From an uncultured Hyphomicrobium sp. (lineage in GTDB: Bacteria; Pseudomonadota; Alphaproteobacteria; Rhizobiales; Hyphomicrobiaceae), in NCBI RefSeq assembly GCF_902826555.1, contig NZ_CADEFI010000001.1:136971-200970 (forward strand): a stretch of 64,000 nt of DNA, given 5' to 3'. Shown one piece after another: positions 21,021-30,150 of the stretch. Below the pieces are notes generated by a model, which searched no databases, was not told the origin of the DNA, and worked only from the letters and a program-made list of their open reading frames with translations. The position numbers and the translations under genes are program-made. Each line of letters opens with the position of its first letter. Position 1 is the stretch's first letter.

Positions 21021-21389
21021 ATGACCGAGAACCTTCTGACTGACTATCTCCCGCTCGCCGTTTTCATCGGCGTCGCGCTTGCCATCGGTGCGGCGCTCAT
21101 GATCGCGCCGTTCCTGGTCGCGGTGCGTAACCCCGATCCGGAAAAGGTCTCCGCCTACGAGTGCGGATTCAACGCCTTCGACGATGCGCGCATGAAGTTC
21201 GATGTGCGCTTCTACCTCGTGTCCATCCTGTTCATCATCTTCGATCTCGAGATCGCCTTCCTGTTTCCGTGGGCCGTGGCCTTCGGCGATATCGGCACCT
21301 TCGGGTTCTGGTCGATGATGGTGTTCCTTGGCGTGCTGACGATAGGCTTCATCTACGAGTGGAAGACGGGAGCCCTCGAATGGGATTGA
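21021..21389 (+). CDS. nuoA: NADH-quinone oxidoreductase subunit A
   Basis: 122 aa, three TM helices, with the motif YECGF...[13 protein letters not shown]. Confidence 0.95.
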   Translation: MTENLLTDYLPLAVFIGVALAIGAALMIAPFLVAVRNPDPEKVSAYECGFNAFDDARMKFDVRFYLVSILFIIFDLEIAFLFPWAVAFGDIGTFGFWSMMVFLGVLTIGFIYEWKTGALEWD

Positions 21390-21961
21390 TCGTTCCGCCC
21401 GAGCTCAATTTCGACAAGGCAAAAGAGGGCACTGGCGGCGGCTCGGCCGGCACGCTGGTGAAACCCGGCGATCCGTTCTTCACAGAACTTTCGAACGAAC
21501 TCGGCGACAAGGGCTTCCTTGTCACCACGACCGACGATCTCATCAACTGGGCGCGAACCGGCTCGTTGATGTGGATGACGTTCGGGCTCGCCTGCTGCGC
21601 TGTCGAGATGATGCAGGCCTCGATGCCGCGCTACGATCTCGAGCGCTTCGGCTTCGCGCCGCGTGCTTCGCCCCGCCAGTCGGATGTGATGATCGTCGCC
21701 GGCACGCTCACCAACAAGATGGCGCCCGCGCTGCGCAAGGTCTACGACCAGATGCCGGAGCCGCGCTACGTGATCTCCATGGGGAGCTGTGCGAACGGCG
21801 GCGGCTACTACCACTATTCGTACGCCGTGGTGCGTGGCTGCGACCGCATCGTGCCGGTCGACGTCTATGTACCCGGCTGTCCGCCGACGGCGGAGGCGCT
21901 GGTCTACGGCGTGCTGCTGCTGCAGCGGAAGATCCGGCGCACGGGAACGATTGAGAGATAG
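21380..21961 (+). CDS. nuoB: NADH-quinone oxidoreductase subunit B
   Basis: ATG at 21380 overlaps the nuoA stop by 10 nt. [22 protein letters not shown] and GCPP motifs ligate the N2 cluster. Confidence 0.94.
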   Translation: MGLIVPPELNFDKAKEGTGGGSAGTLVKPGDPFFTELSNELGDKGFLVTTTDDLINWARTGSLMWMTFGLACCAVEMMQASMPRYDLERFGFAPRASPRQSDVMIVAGTLTNKMAPALRKVYDQMPEPRYVISMGSCANGGGYYHYSYAVVRGCDRIVPVDVYVPGCPPTAEALVYGVLLLQRKIRRTGTIER

Positions 21962-22049
21962 GCGGCAAGGCAGCCGGCAGCAGGCAGTGCGTGAATGCCG
22001 TTGCCGTCTTCGCCCTGCTGCCTCACGGTCTACCGTCTTGGGGCTACAC

Positions 22050-22646
22050 ATGCTGACCGATCTTGAAGCGCATATCTCCTCCAAGCTGAGCACGGCCGTG
22101 CTCGACAAGCGAATCGCCGTCGGGGAGCTGACATTCGTGGTCGAAGCGGAGAGGATCGTCGATGTGCTGATGTTCCTGCGCACCGATCCGGCGTGCCGCT
22201 TCGAGGTGCTGATCGACATCTGCGGCGTCGACTGGCCGGCGCGGGAGCAGCGCTTCGACGTCGTCTATCATCTGCTCTCGCCGCGGCTCAATCAGCGCAT
22301 CCGCGTCAAGCTCGCCACGGATGCCGAGACGCCGGTGCCGAGCGTGATCAGCGTGTTTCCCGCCGCCAACTGGTACGAGCGGGAGGCCTACGACATGTAC
22401 GGCATCCTGTTTTCGGGTCACCCGGATCTCAGGCGTTTGCTGACCGACTACGGCTTCCAGGGCTATCCGCTGCGCAAGGACTTCCCGCTCACGGGGTATG
22501 TGGAAGTCCGCTACGACGACGAGGCAAAGCGCGTCGTCTATGAGCCGGTCAAGCTGGTGCAGGAATTCCGGTCGTTCGATTTCGAGAGCCCGTGGGAAGG
22601 CGCGCACTACGTGCTGCCGGGCGACGAGAAGGCGGGGCGTTCATGA
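22050..22646 (+). CDS. nuoC: NADH-quinone oxidoreductase subunit C
   Basis: [13 protein letters not shown]...[31 protein letters not shown] matches the 30-kDa subunit signature. Confidence 0.94.
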   Translation: MLTDLEAHISSKLSTAVLDKRIAVGELTFVVEAERIVDVLMFLRTDPACRFEVLIDICGVDWPAREQRFDVVYHLLSPRLNQRIRVKLATDAETPVPSVISVFPAANWYEREAYDMYGILFSGHPDLRRLLTDYGFQGYPLRKDFPLTGYVEVRYDDEAKRVVYEPVKLVQEFRSFDFESPWEGAHYVLPGDEKAGRS

Positions 22647-23080
22647 CGCCCGTCGACGAGGATCGTCTCGAACGCATTCGCGGCAACGCAGATTATGCGG
22701 TCAAGATCCTGTCGGAAGCGCGGGGCGAGCCGGTGGACTACGATTTGGAGTCCATCACCTGGGTCGAGGGTTTCATCGAGCGTGCACGCAAGCGGTACGC
22801 CGAGGGCGGCGTGCCGGAGAGCCTCGTTTCGACGATCGGCTGCTATCTCGGCGAGGCGATCATCGCGGAGGCCGATGGGCAATGGGTTGACGACGAAGCA
22901 CACGGGCCCGGCGTGCTTTTTTCCAACGGCGACGCAGTGTTCCCGCTGACCAAGGTCGGCAAGCAATTCGAACAGGGTCTGGAGCAGGGGGAGTCGATTC
23001 TCAGCTTCTACACGGTGGCCGTGAGCTATATCGCCATCGGAGGTTTGCGTGCGGCCGAGGCCGCGGAGGAGGCGTCATGA
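22643..23080 (+). CDS. Hypothetical protein (145 aa) embedded in the nuo operon
   Basis: ATG at 22643 overlaps the nuoC TGA (ATGA), and its own stop overlaps the next ATG. The product [52 protein letters not shown]... has codon usage like its neighbours. No family recognised. Confidence 0.65.
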   Translation: MTPVDEDRLERIRGNADYAVKILSEARGEPVDYDLESITWVEGFIERARKRYAEGGVPESLVSTIGCYLGEAIIAEADGQWVDDEAHGPGVLFSNGDAVFPLTKVGKQFEQGLEQGESILSFYTVAVSYIAIGGLRAAEAAEEAS

Positions 23081-23526
23081 AGGCGACGCTTCAGCCCGGT
23101 GCCACGGCCCGCCTCGTGTTCAAGGTGCCGGTGAGCAAGACGGTGCCGAACCTCTATCCGGAGTCGGTGGATTTCCAGGCCATGCCGTCGGTGTTCGCAA
23201 CCGGCTTCATGGTGGGGCTCATGGAGTGGTGCTGCCTCGAAGTTCTGAAGCCGCATCTCGATCCGGGCGAAGGGTCGCTCGGTATTCATATCAACGTGTC
23301 GCACGCGGCGGCGACGGTGCCGGGCCAGACGGTGACCGTGGACGCCGAGTGCACGAGCGTCGCCGGGCGCAAGATCGGGTTCAAGGTGACGGCGCACGAT
23401 GGCGTCGAGGTCATCGGTACGGGCAGCCACGACCGCATGGTGGTGCCGTGGGGCCGCTTCGTCCAGCGCGTGAACGACAAGGCTCAGCGCGCCGGTGCCG
23501 AGCCCATTCCGACCTGTGGAGCGTGA
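23077..23526 (+). CDS. Hot-dog fold thioesterase, fluoroacetyl-CoA thioesterase (FlK)-like family
   Basis: The 149-aa sequence ...LYPESVDFQAMPSVFATGFMVGLMEWCCLEVLKPHLDPGEGSLGIHINVSHAAATVPGQTVTVDAE...KVTAHDGVEVIGTGSHDRMVV aligns by eye along its whole length with my recollection of Streptomyces cattleya FlK. Confidence 0.75.
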   Translation: MKATLQPGATARLVFKVPVSKTVPNLYPESVDFQAMPSVFATGFMVGLMEWCCLEVLKPHLDPGEGSLGIHINVSHAAATVPGQTVTVDAECTSVAGRKIGFKVTAHDGVEVIGTGSHDRMVVPWGRFVQRVNDKAQRAGAEPIPTCGA

Positions 23527-23528
23527 GC

Positions 23529-23981
23529 ATGGGCACGGCGGGCAAGACCGTCAGCGGACGCTGTCTCTGCGGGGCGGTCACGTTCTCGGCCGATGTTGCC
23601 AAGCATGATGTCGATGTCTGCCATTGCAGCATGTGCCGGCGCTGGTCGGCGGGACCCTTCATGGGGCTCATGCACGAGGGCGAGGTGGTCTTCGGCGGTG
23701 CCGAGAATATCGGCGTCTACAAGTCGTCGGATTGGGGTGAGCGGGCGTTCTGCAAACTCTGTGGCACGCCGCTCTACTGGCATCTTTCGGGATCCGATAC
23801 CTACTCCTTTTCCGCTGGAGCTCTCGACGATCAGAGCGGGCTCAGGTTCACGATGGAGATCTTCGTCGACGAGAAGCCGGCTTTCTATGAATTCGCCAAC
23901 GACACATTGCGGCTGACGGGAGCGGAGGCCATGGCCGCGCTCGCGGGCGGCGCGAAGAGCGAAGAGGCGCGCGATGGCTGA
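23529..23981 (+). CDS. GFA / CENP-V family zinc-binding protein (paralog 1)
   Basis: Cysteine pattern CLCG ... CHCSMCRRW ... FCKLCG is diagnostic of the glutathione-dependent formaldehyde-activating enzyme-like (GFA) fold. Starts 2 nt after the preceding stop. Confidence 0.8.
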   Translation: MGTAGKTVSGRCLCGAVTFSADVAKHDVDVCHCSMCRRWSAGPFMGLMHEGEVVFGGAENIGVYKSSDWGERAFCKLCGTPLYWHLSGSDTYSFSAGALDDQSGLRFTMEIFVDEKPAFYEFANDTLRLTGAEAMAALAGGAKSEEARDG

Positions 23982-24411
23982 CGAGCGCGAGGCTTCGGGA
24001 CACTGCCTCTGCGGCGCCGTGCGCTTTACGGCGACGCTCGTGTCGCACGACGTTCAGGTCTGCCATTGCGGCATGTGCCGACGCTGGACGGGAGGGCCCT
24101 TGATGTTCGTCGACGTCGACGGCGCTCCTGCCTTCGAGGGTCGCGAGGCCATCGGCATCTATCGCTCGTCCGAGGTGGGCGAGCGCGGGTTCTGCACGCG
24201 CTGCGGCTCCATCCTGTTCTGGAAGGTCGCCGGCGAGGAGCGCTATACGATGGCTGCAGGGTCGCTCGACGACGCTTCGCGCCTGGCGCTCAAGACGGAG
24301 ATCTTCATCGAGGACAAGCCCGGCTTCTACGATTTTTCGAATGCGACCAAGAAAGTCGTCGGATCGGAGGCCATGGGGGCCTACATCTCCGGCAGCGGCG
24401 AAACGAATTGA
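23974..24411 (+). CDS. GFA / CENP-V family zinc-binding protein (paralog 2)
   Basis: CLCG ... CHCGMCRRW ... FCTRCG. Collinear without gaps with paralog 1. Its start overlaps the paralog 1 stop by 8 nt. Confidence 0.8.
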   Translation: MADEREASGHCLCGAVRFTATLVSHDVQVCHCGMCRRWTGGPLMFVDVDGAPAFEGREAIGIYRSSEVGERGFCTRCGSILFWKVAGEERYTMAAGSLDDASRLALKTEIFIEDKPGFYDFSNATKKVVGSEAMGAYISGSGETN

Positions 24412-24419
24412 GATGCGAC

Positions 24420-25610
24420 ATGGCTGAGACAGAGATCCGTCCGTTCAACATCAATTTCGGCCCGCAACATCCGGCCGCGCACGGCGTCTTGCGCCTGGTG
24501 CTCGAGCTCGACGGCGAGGTCGTGGAGCGGGTCGATCCGCACATCGGCCTCCTGCATCGCGGCACCGAAAAGCTGATCGAGGCCAAGACCTATCTGCAGG
24601 CGATCGGCTATTTCGACCGGCTCGACTACGTGGCGCCGATGAATCAGGAGCACGCGTTCTGCCTGGCCGCGGAGCGGCTGCTCGGCATCACGGTGCCCAA
24701 GCGCGCGCAGCTCATCCGCGTGCTCTATTCGGAGATCGGACGCCATCTCTCGCATCTCCTCAACGTCACCACACAGGCCATGGACGTCGGCGCACTGACG
24801 CCGCCGCTGTGGGGCTTCGAAGAGCGCGAGAAGCTGATGGTGTTTTACGAGCGCGCGTCGGGAAGCCGCATGCACGCCAAGTATTTCCGCATCGGCGGCG
24901 TGCATCAGGATCTGCCGGCGGCGCTGATCGACGATATCGACGCGTGGTGCGACGCCTTCCCCAAGGTGCTCGACGATATCGAAGGACTTCTGACCGAGAA
25001 CCGAATTTTCAAGCAGCGCAACGTCGATATCGGCGTGGTGAGCCTCGAGGACGGGTTCGCGTGGGGCTTCTCGGGCGTGATGGTGCGCGGCTCGGGCGCG
25101 GCGTGGGACTTGCGCAAGTCGCAGCCCTACGAGTGTTATTCGGAATTCGATTTCGACATTCCGATCGGCAAGAACGGCGACTGCTACGACCGCTATCTCA
25201 TCCGCATGCTCGAGATGCGGGAGAGCGTGAAGATCATGAAGCAGTGCATCGCCAAGCTGAGGAGCCCCGAGGGGGCGGGGCCGGTGACGGCCACGAACAC
25301 GCGCGTTGTGCCGCCGCGCCGGGGCGACATGAAGCGATCGATGGAAGCGCTCATCAACCACTTCAAGCTCTATACCGAAGGCTTCCACGTGCCTCCGGGC
25401 GAAGTCTATGCGGCGGTGGAAGCGCCCAAGGGCGAGTTCGGCGTGTATCTGGTGGCCGACGGCTCGAACAAGCCTTACCGCTGCAAAATCCGCGCGCCGG
25501 GCTTTCCTCATCTCGCGGCGATGGATTTCATGAACCGTGGCCACATGCTGGCTGACGTGTCGGCGATCCTCGGCTCGCTCGACATCGTGTTCGGCGAGAT
25601 TGATCGTTAA
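24420..25610 (+). CDS. nuoD: NADH-quinone oxidoreductase subunit D
   Basis: [52 protein letters not shown] is the canonical 49-kDa subunit N-terminus. 396 aa. Confidence 0.95.
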   Translation: MAETEIRPFNINFGPQHPAAHGVLRLVLELDGEVVERVDPHIGLLHRGTEKLIEAKTYLQAIGYFDRLDYVAPMNQEHAFCLAAERLLGITVPKRAQLIRVLYSEIGRHLSHLLNVTTQAMDVGALTPPLWGFEEREKLMVFYERASGSRMHAKYFRIGGVHQDLPAALIDDIDAWCDAFPKVLDDIEGLLTENRIFKQRNVDIGVVSLEDGFAWGFSGVMVRGSGAAWDLRKSQPYECYSEFDFDIPIGKNGDCYDRYLIRMLEMRESVKIMKQCIAKLRSPEGAGPVTATNTRVVPPRRGDMKRSMEALINHFKLYTEGFHVPPGEVYAAVEAPKGEFGVYLVADGSNKPYRCKIRAPGFPHLAAMDFMNRGHMLADVSAILGSLDIVFGEIDR

Positions 25611-25783
25611 ATCGCTCACGGACCTGCTCGGCCAGCGCGTTGGCGCTGGCCTGGCCCTCCGCGGGGGCGGCGCTTGCGCCGGACCGCCTCGCGGTCTGAG
25701 CCCTTCGGGCTGCGGTGTGATCGTTGCCCGCGCCGCTGCGCACTGATCTCGCGATTGAGATCTTGGCCAGCGAGTATCTGAGC

Positions 25784-26545
25784 CTAAGCCTCGTAGCCTT
25801 CGAATATGGGGGCGTCGGCGTGGAGGGCGGCCATTCGGCGCTCCTGCTCCGTGCGGACGGTCCAGGTGAGGAGCGGGAGCCCATTGCGGCGGACGCGCTC
25901 CGTGGCGGCGGTCGGAAGTGCGCCGACCTGGTAGGCATAGAATGACGGCGCGGCCTGGCCGCTTTCCAGCAAGCTCGCGAGGGCGCGGCGGCGCGCGTCG
26001 GTGAGCGGCGAGTTCGGCCACCATCCGTTGCCGTCGTCATCGAAGTAGGCGCCCGAGACGATGCCGCGCGGGATGTCGGGTGCGAACCGTCCAATCGCTG
26101 CCACGACGGCAGGGTCGAACGACATCAACGCGAGCGGGCGCCTGTAGAGCTTGGCGAGACGGGCGATCTCGGACAGGAAGCCGAGATCGGGCTCGGTCCA
26201 TTCGCTCTTGATCTCGGCGAAGATCGGCACGCGTCCGGCGACCAGAGCCAGGAGCTCGGCGAAGCTCAGGATGCCGGTGACGTCTGCGGATTTGAACGGC
26301 AGTTTTGCCGCGCAGGCGGGTTGCAATCCGGTGATGGGGCCGCTGCCGGCCGTGAGGCGCGCGAGGTCGAGGTCGTGGAAGACGAGAGGCGTGCCGTCGG
26401 CGGCGGGGCGGAGGTCGCATTCGATGCCGTAGCCTTTGGCGATGGCGGCCTCGAAGGCGGGCGCGGTGTTCTCGACGACGCCCTTGGCGGCATCGTGGAA
26501 GCCGCGGTGGGCGATAGGGCGCAGGAAGATCTTGCGGTCGAGCAT
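25784..26545 (-). CDS. Glycerophosphodiester phosphodiesterase family protein
   Basis: 253 aa with GDPD motifs IAHRGF..., ENTAPAFEAAI, GIECDL and VFHD. Confidence 0.85.
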   Translation of the reverse strand: MLDRKIFLRPIAHRGFHDAAKGVVENTAPAFEAAIAKGYGIECDLRPAADGTPLVFHDLDLARLTAGSGPITGLQPACAAKLPFKSADVTGILSFAELLALVAGRVPIFAEIKSEWTEPDLGFLSEIARLAKLYRRPLALMSFDPAVVAAIGRFAPDIPRGIVSGAYFDDDGNGWWPNSPLTDARRRALASLLESGQAAPSFYAYQVGALPTAATERVRRNGLPLLTWTVRTEQERRMAALHADAPIFEGYEA

Positions 26546-26749
26546 GCGTTAATGCGCTTTCGCGTTCGTTGAATCGCGACCGCACTTTAACGCCACTCAA
26601 AAGGCCCGGGCGACTGTTTCGTGTGGCAGCACGACTCAAAGAGTGCGAGGGGCGCCTGCCAGGATGGCCTCGCGCTTGCGCTTCGAGCATCCCGGCAGGC
26701 TCAAAGGTCCAAGACCGACTCTTTGTGGCGTCTTGCCGAGAGGGGTTTG

Positions 26750-27217
26750 CTAGTCCGCGACGGCGATGATGGCGTCGACCTCGACGGCCGAGCCCATGGG
26801 CAGGCTGGCAACGCCGACGGCGGCACGGGTGTGACGGCCCTTGTCGCCCAGCACCTCGACCATGAGGTCGGAGGCGCCGTTGACGACCTTGGGGTGGTCC
26901 GGGAAGGTGGGCGTGGCGCTGACGAATCCGGTCAGGCGGACCACCTGCGTGATGCGGTCGAGGTTGCCGAGGGCGGCTTTCGCCTGGGCAAGGATATTCA
27001 GTGCGCAGAGGCGTGCGGCGGCCTGGCCGGCCTCGATGCCGACGGTGTCGCCCAAGGTGCCGGTCACGATCTTGCCGTCGGCCGCCTTGGAGATTTGCCC
27101 GGAGACGAACAGAAGATTGCCGGAAAAGGTATAAGGCACGTAATTGGCGACGGGATTGGGGGCCTCGGGCAGGGTGATGCCGAGCTCGGCGAGGCGCGCC
27201 TCGATGGTGCCGGTCAT
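26750..27217 (-). CDS. RidA/YjgF family protein
   Basis: 155 aa from ATG 27217: MTGTIEARLAELGITLPEAPNPVANYVPY...GKGRHTRAAVGVASLPMGSAVEVDAI. RidA family with the N-terminal extension seen in alphaproteobacteria. Confidence 0.85.
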   Translation of the reverse strand: MTGTIEARLAELGITLPEAPNPVANYVPYTFSGNLLFVSGQISKAADGKIVTGTLGDTVGIEAGQAAARLCALNILAQAKAALGNLDRITQVVRLTGFVSATPTFPDHPKVVNGASDLMVEVLGDKGRHTRAAVGVASLPMGSAVEVDAIIAVAD

Positions 27218-27380
27218 GTCCGTTCGTCTCCTGGCAATATTAGCGGCCGCTGCATGAGGGGCTTGGCCGTAGAAAGGTCGGGGTTCCTTGTTACCCGCTC
27301 GATCGGACTTTGCAATGGGCTGCCAGTACCCTAGATTCCGGCAAAAGGGGGGGACGCAGCGTGTCTGCCCAGGGAACAGG

Positions 27381-28280
27381 ATGAGGCGAATGAGAGATCG
27401 TGCTGCGACGCGGGCTTGGAGATCGGGATTGGCCGCCTCGGCGCTCGCGCTTGGAGCCGTGGTGGCGTCGCTGGTCGATGCCTCCGCGGTGCCGATTGCC
27501 AAAGAGGTCGTGTTCGCGCCGCACCGGGCTGTTTACGACCTGTCGCTCGACAACACGAATTCAGGATCCGGCGTCGCCGGCGTCAATGGCCGCATCGTCT
27601 ATGAGCTCAGCGGCAATGCCTGCGAAGGTTATGCGCAGAGCATGCGTTTCGTGACGCAGACGATGAACCAGGAAGGCGACCTGCAGACGACGGACCTCAG
27701 GACTTCGAGCTGGGAGGAGGTGCCGGCGAAGCGGCTGAGGTTCTCGACCAGCACCTACCAGAACGAGCTGCCGGCAGAGCAGACGCAGGGCGTCGCCAAG
27801 CGCAAGGATGCGAATGGAGCAGCGACCGTCGACCTCGTGCGACCGCAGAAGCGCGAGGTGAAGCTCGCGGGCAATATCTATTTCCCCATCCAGCATTCGA
27901 TGGCGATTATTCAGGCGGCGCGCGAGGGGCGGACCATTCTCGCGGCCGATCTTTTCGACGGCTCGGAAAGCGGCGACAAGATCTACTCCACCTCGACGGC
28001 TATCGGGCGGCAGATGAAACCCGGTGCAGGCCCCGTGGTGTCGCTCACCAAAGGTGTCTCCAATCTCGATCAGGTGCCGTCGTGGCCGATCTCGGTCAGC
28101 TATTTCGCGCCGACGCAGGGGCCGGGGGATGCGGTGCCGCTCTACGAGATGAGCTATCGCTTCCACGACAACGGCGTGACGAGCTCCTTGCGCATCAATC
28201 ACGGCGATTTCGCCATCAAAGGCGAGCTCAAGGAACTCACGTACTTCGAGGCCTCGCCCTGCAAGAGCCCGGCGCCCTGA
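27381..28280 (+). CDS. eipB: DUF1849 / EipB-family periplasmic envelope-integrity protein
   Basis: Signal peptide, then HRAVYDLSL...GRIVYELSGNACEGY...SSWE... The length and motifs match DUF1849 (Brucella EipB). Confidence 0.75.
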   Translation: MRRMRDRAATRAWRSGLAASALALGAVVASLVDASAVPIAKEVVFAPHRAVYDLSLDNTNSGSGVAGVNGRIVYELSGNACEGYAQSMRFVTQTMNQEGDLQTTDLRTSSWEEVPAKRLRFSTSTYQNELPAEQTQGVAKRKDANGAATVDLVRPQKREVKLAGNIYFPIQHSMAIIQAAREGRTILAADLFDGSESGDKIYSTSTAIGRQMKPGAGPVVSLTKGVSNLDQVPSWPISVSYFAPTQGPGDAVPLYEMSYRFHDNGVTSSLRINHGDFAIKGELKELTYFEASPCKSPAP

Positions 28281-28298
28281 CGTTGGCGATCTAGGGCG

Positions 28299-29186
28299 CT
28301 ACCAGAGCCAGGCGGCGCCGCGGACGCCGCTGGCATCGCCCCATTTGGGCGGCCGGATGTCGATGTTTTTCACATCCGAGAAGACGTAGGGCGCGGCGAG
28401 GCGCGGGACGGCTTCGTAGAGATGCGGCAGCTTCGAGAGCCCGCCGCCGAGCACGATCACCTCCGGGTCGACGACGTTGATGATGTGAGCGATCCCGCGC
28501 GCGAGGCGCGAGGCGTGGCGGTCCAGGCTCGTTTGCGCCGCGGGTTCTCCGAGCTTGGCGCGGGCGACGATCTCGTGTCCGGAGACGAGTTCGCCGGTGC
28601 GGCGCCTGTAGTCGGAGGAGAGGCCCGTGCCCGAGGCCCACATCTCCATGCACCCCTTGCGTCCGCACCAGCATTCCGGCCCGGGATGCTCGTCAGGCTC
28701 GCTCCAGGGCAGCGGGTTGTGGCCCCATTCGCCGCCGATGCCGCGCGCGCCTTCGAGCACGCGGCCGTCGATGACGATACCGCCGCCGCAGCCGGTGCCG
28801 ATGATGACGCCGAACACGGAGCGCGCGCCGGCGGCGGCGCCGTCGACGGCCTCGGAGAGGGCAAAGCAGTTGGCATCGTTAGCCAGGCGCAGGGGGCGTT
28901 CGAGGACCCGCTCGAGATCCTCGCGCAGGGGCTGGCCGTTGAGCCATGTCGAGTTGGCGTTGCGAACGAGGCCCGTCACCGGTGACAAGGAGCCCGGCAT
29001 GCCGATGCCGACGGTGGTGACGCCGCCGCCGACCTCGGCTTCGAGCGCGCGAACGATGTCCGTCAACGCGGTGACGGTGGCCTGATAGTCGCCTTGCGGA
29101 GCGAGGATGCGCATGCGCGCGATCTCCTCGCCGTCCGGCGCCAGAACGCGACCTTCGATCTTGGTGCCGCCGAGGTCGAGCCCCAT
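28299..29186 (-). CDS. ROK family sugar kinase (N-acetylglucosamine kinase / fructokinase-like)
   Basis: MGLDLGGTKIEG..., DANCFALSEA, GTGCGGG, and the zinc motif GEWGHNPL...CWCGRKGCME. An alternative GTG start lies at 29210. Confidence 0.85.
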   Translation of the reverse strand: MGLDLGGTKIEGRVLAPDGEEIARMRILAPQGDYQATVTALTDIVRALEAEVGGGVTTVGIGMPGSLSPVTGLVRNANSTWLNGQPLREDLERVLERPLRLANDANCFALSEAVDGAAAGARSVFGVIIGTGCGGGIVIDGRVLEGARGIGGEWGHNPLPWSEPDEHPGPECWCGRKGCMEMWASGTGLSSDYRRRTGELVSGHEIVARAKLGEPAAQTSLDRHASRLARGIAHIINVVDPEVIVLGGGLSKLPHLYEAVPRLAAPYVFSDVKNIDIRPPKWGDASGVRGAAWLW

Positions 29187-29202
29187 GCGCTTCGCGGCCT
29201 TC

Positions 29203-29508
29203 TCACTCACCGGTTGCTCCAAGGCCAAGGGCGCGGGCGAGCGTTGCGCGAGAGGGGCCGACGGTCTCCGGGGCGATGCCCTTGGCCGCTGTAAATACAA
29301 GCAAAAGAGATTCGTCGGAGAGAACGTGATCGAGGACGGCGAGCAGGGTTTCGGGCCGGTCAGCGACGGCCCGCAACTCGTCGGGGCCGATTCCGGTCAG
29401 GGCCAGGAACCGGCCCAGGCGGGGGCCGTCCTCGGCCAGAAAAGTGAGGGCGGAAAGAGCCAGCATCGCGGCGTCCTCGGGGGCTTGTGCGGCGCCTCTT
29501 TTCAGCAT
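29203..29508 (-). CDS. DUF3572 family protein
   Basis: MLKRGAAQAPEDAAMLALSALTFLAEDGPRLGRFLALTGIGPDELR... is typical DUF3572. It sits divergently next to divK-pleD, as in other alphaproteobacteria. Confidence 0.75.
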   Translation of the reverse strand: MLKRGAAQAPEDAAMLALSALTFLAEDGPRLGRFLALTGIGPDELRAVADRPETLLAVLDHVLSDESLLLVFTAAKGIAPETVGPSRATLARALGLGATGE

Positions 29509-29690
29509 GCGGCGGGTCTCCTTTTCTCGTGTCAACTCCGTGGCTTGGCCCGGGGTTGCAGGGGGGTGCCCATGTTTCAACAGTTGCTTAAGCTAAGGGG
29601 TGCACACTGCGCTCCATATGGCCCGCAGAATCGGTGCAGTTAAAGGCGGGCAGGTGCGAACCTTCGACGATGACCTATCAGGAGACGAGA

Positions 29691-30101
29691 ATGGCCGTCG
29701 AGGGCCAGAAGCAGGGGGTCGCTCCCCGTGCGCCGAAGACTGTGCTGATCGTGGAGGACAATGAGCTCAACATGAAGCTCTTCCACGATCTTCTCGATGC
29801 CTACGGATACCTGACGGTGCAGACGCGGAACGGGCTCGATGCCCTGACGCTGGCCCGCGTGCATCGCCCGGATCTCATTCTCATGGACATCCAGCTTCCG
29901 GAAGTTTCGGGGCTCGAGGTGACGCGGTGGCTGAAAGAGGACGATGAGCTGCGCGATATTCCGGTCGTCGCGGTCACGGCTTTCGCCATGAAGGGAGACG
30001 AGGAGCGCATCCGGTCTGGCGGGTGCGAGGCTTATGTGTCCAAGCCGATCTCCGTCGCCGTTTTTCTCGACACTGTCAGACGCTTTGTGGGGGATGCCTG
30101 A
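29691..30101 (+). CDS. divK: Single-domain response regulator DivK
   Basis: ATG at 29691 after an AGGAGA SD. The receiver domain reads [13 protein letters not shown]...[17 protein letters not shown]...[14 protein letters not shown]...YVSKPI. Upstream ATG alternative at 29670. Confidence 0.88.
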   Translation: MAVEGQKQGVAPRAPKTVLIVEDNELNMKLFHDLLDAYGYLTVQTRNGLDALTLARVHRPDLILMDIQLPEVSGLEVTRWLKEDDELRDIPVVAVTAFAMKGDEERIRSGGCEAYVSKPISVAVFLDTVRRFVGDA

Positions 30102-30150
30102 GCCACGCCCCGTGAAGCGTGATCATGCGTAGTGTTTTGAGAGTTTTGTC

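Noticed and set aside
25611-25783. Looked for a nuoE remnant in the spacer after nuoD, and for a repeat family around the CCCTTCGGG hairpins (also seen at about 18790)
   Set aside because: No frame resembles the NuoE N-terminus. The two CCCTTCGGG hairpins share only a short GC stem with a TTCG loop, which is insufficient to call a repeat family.
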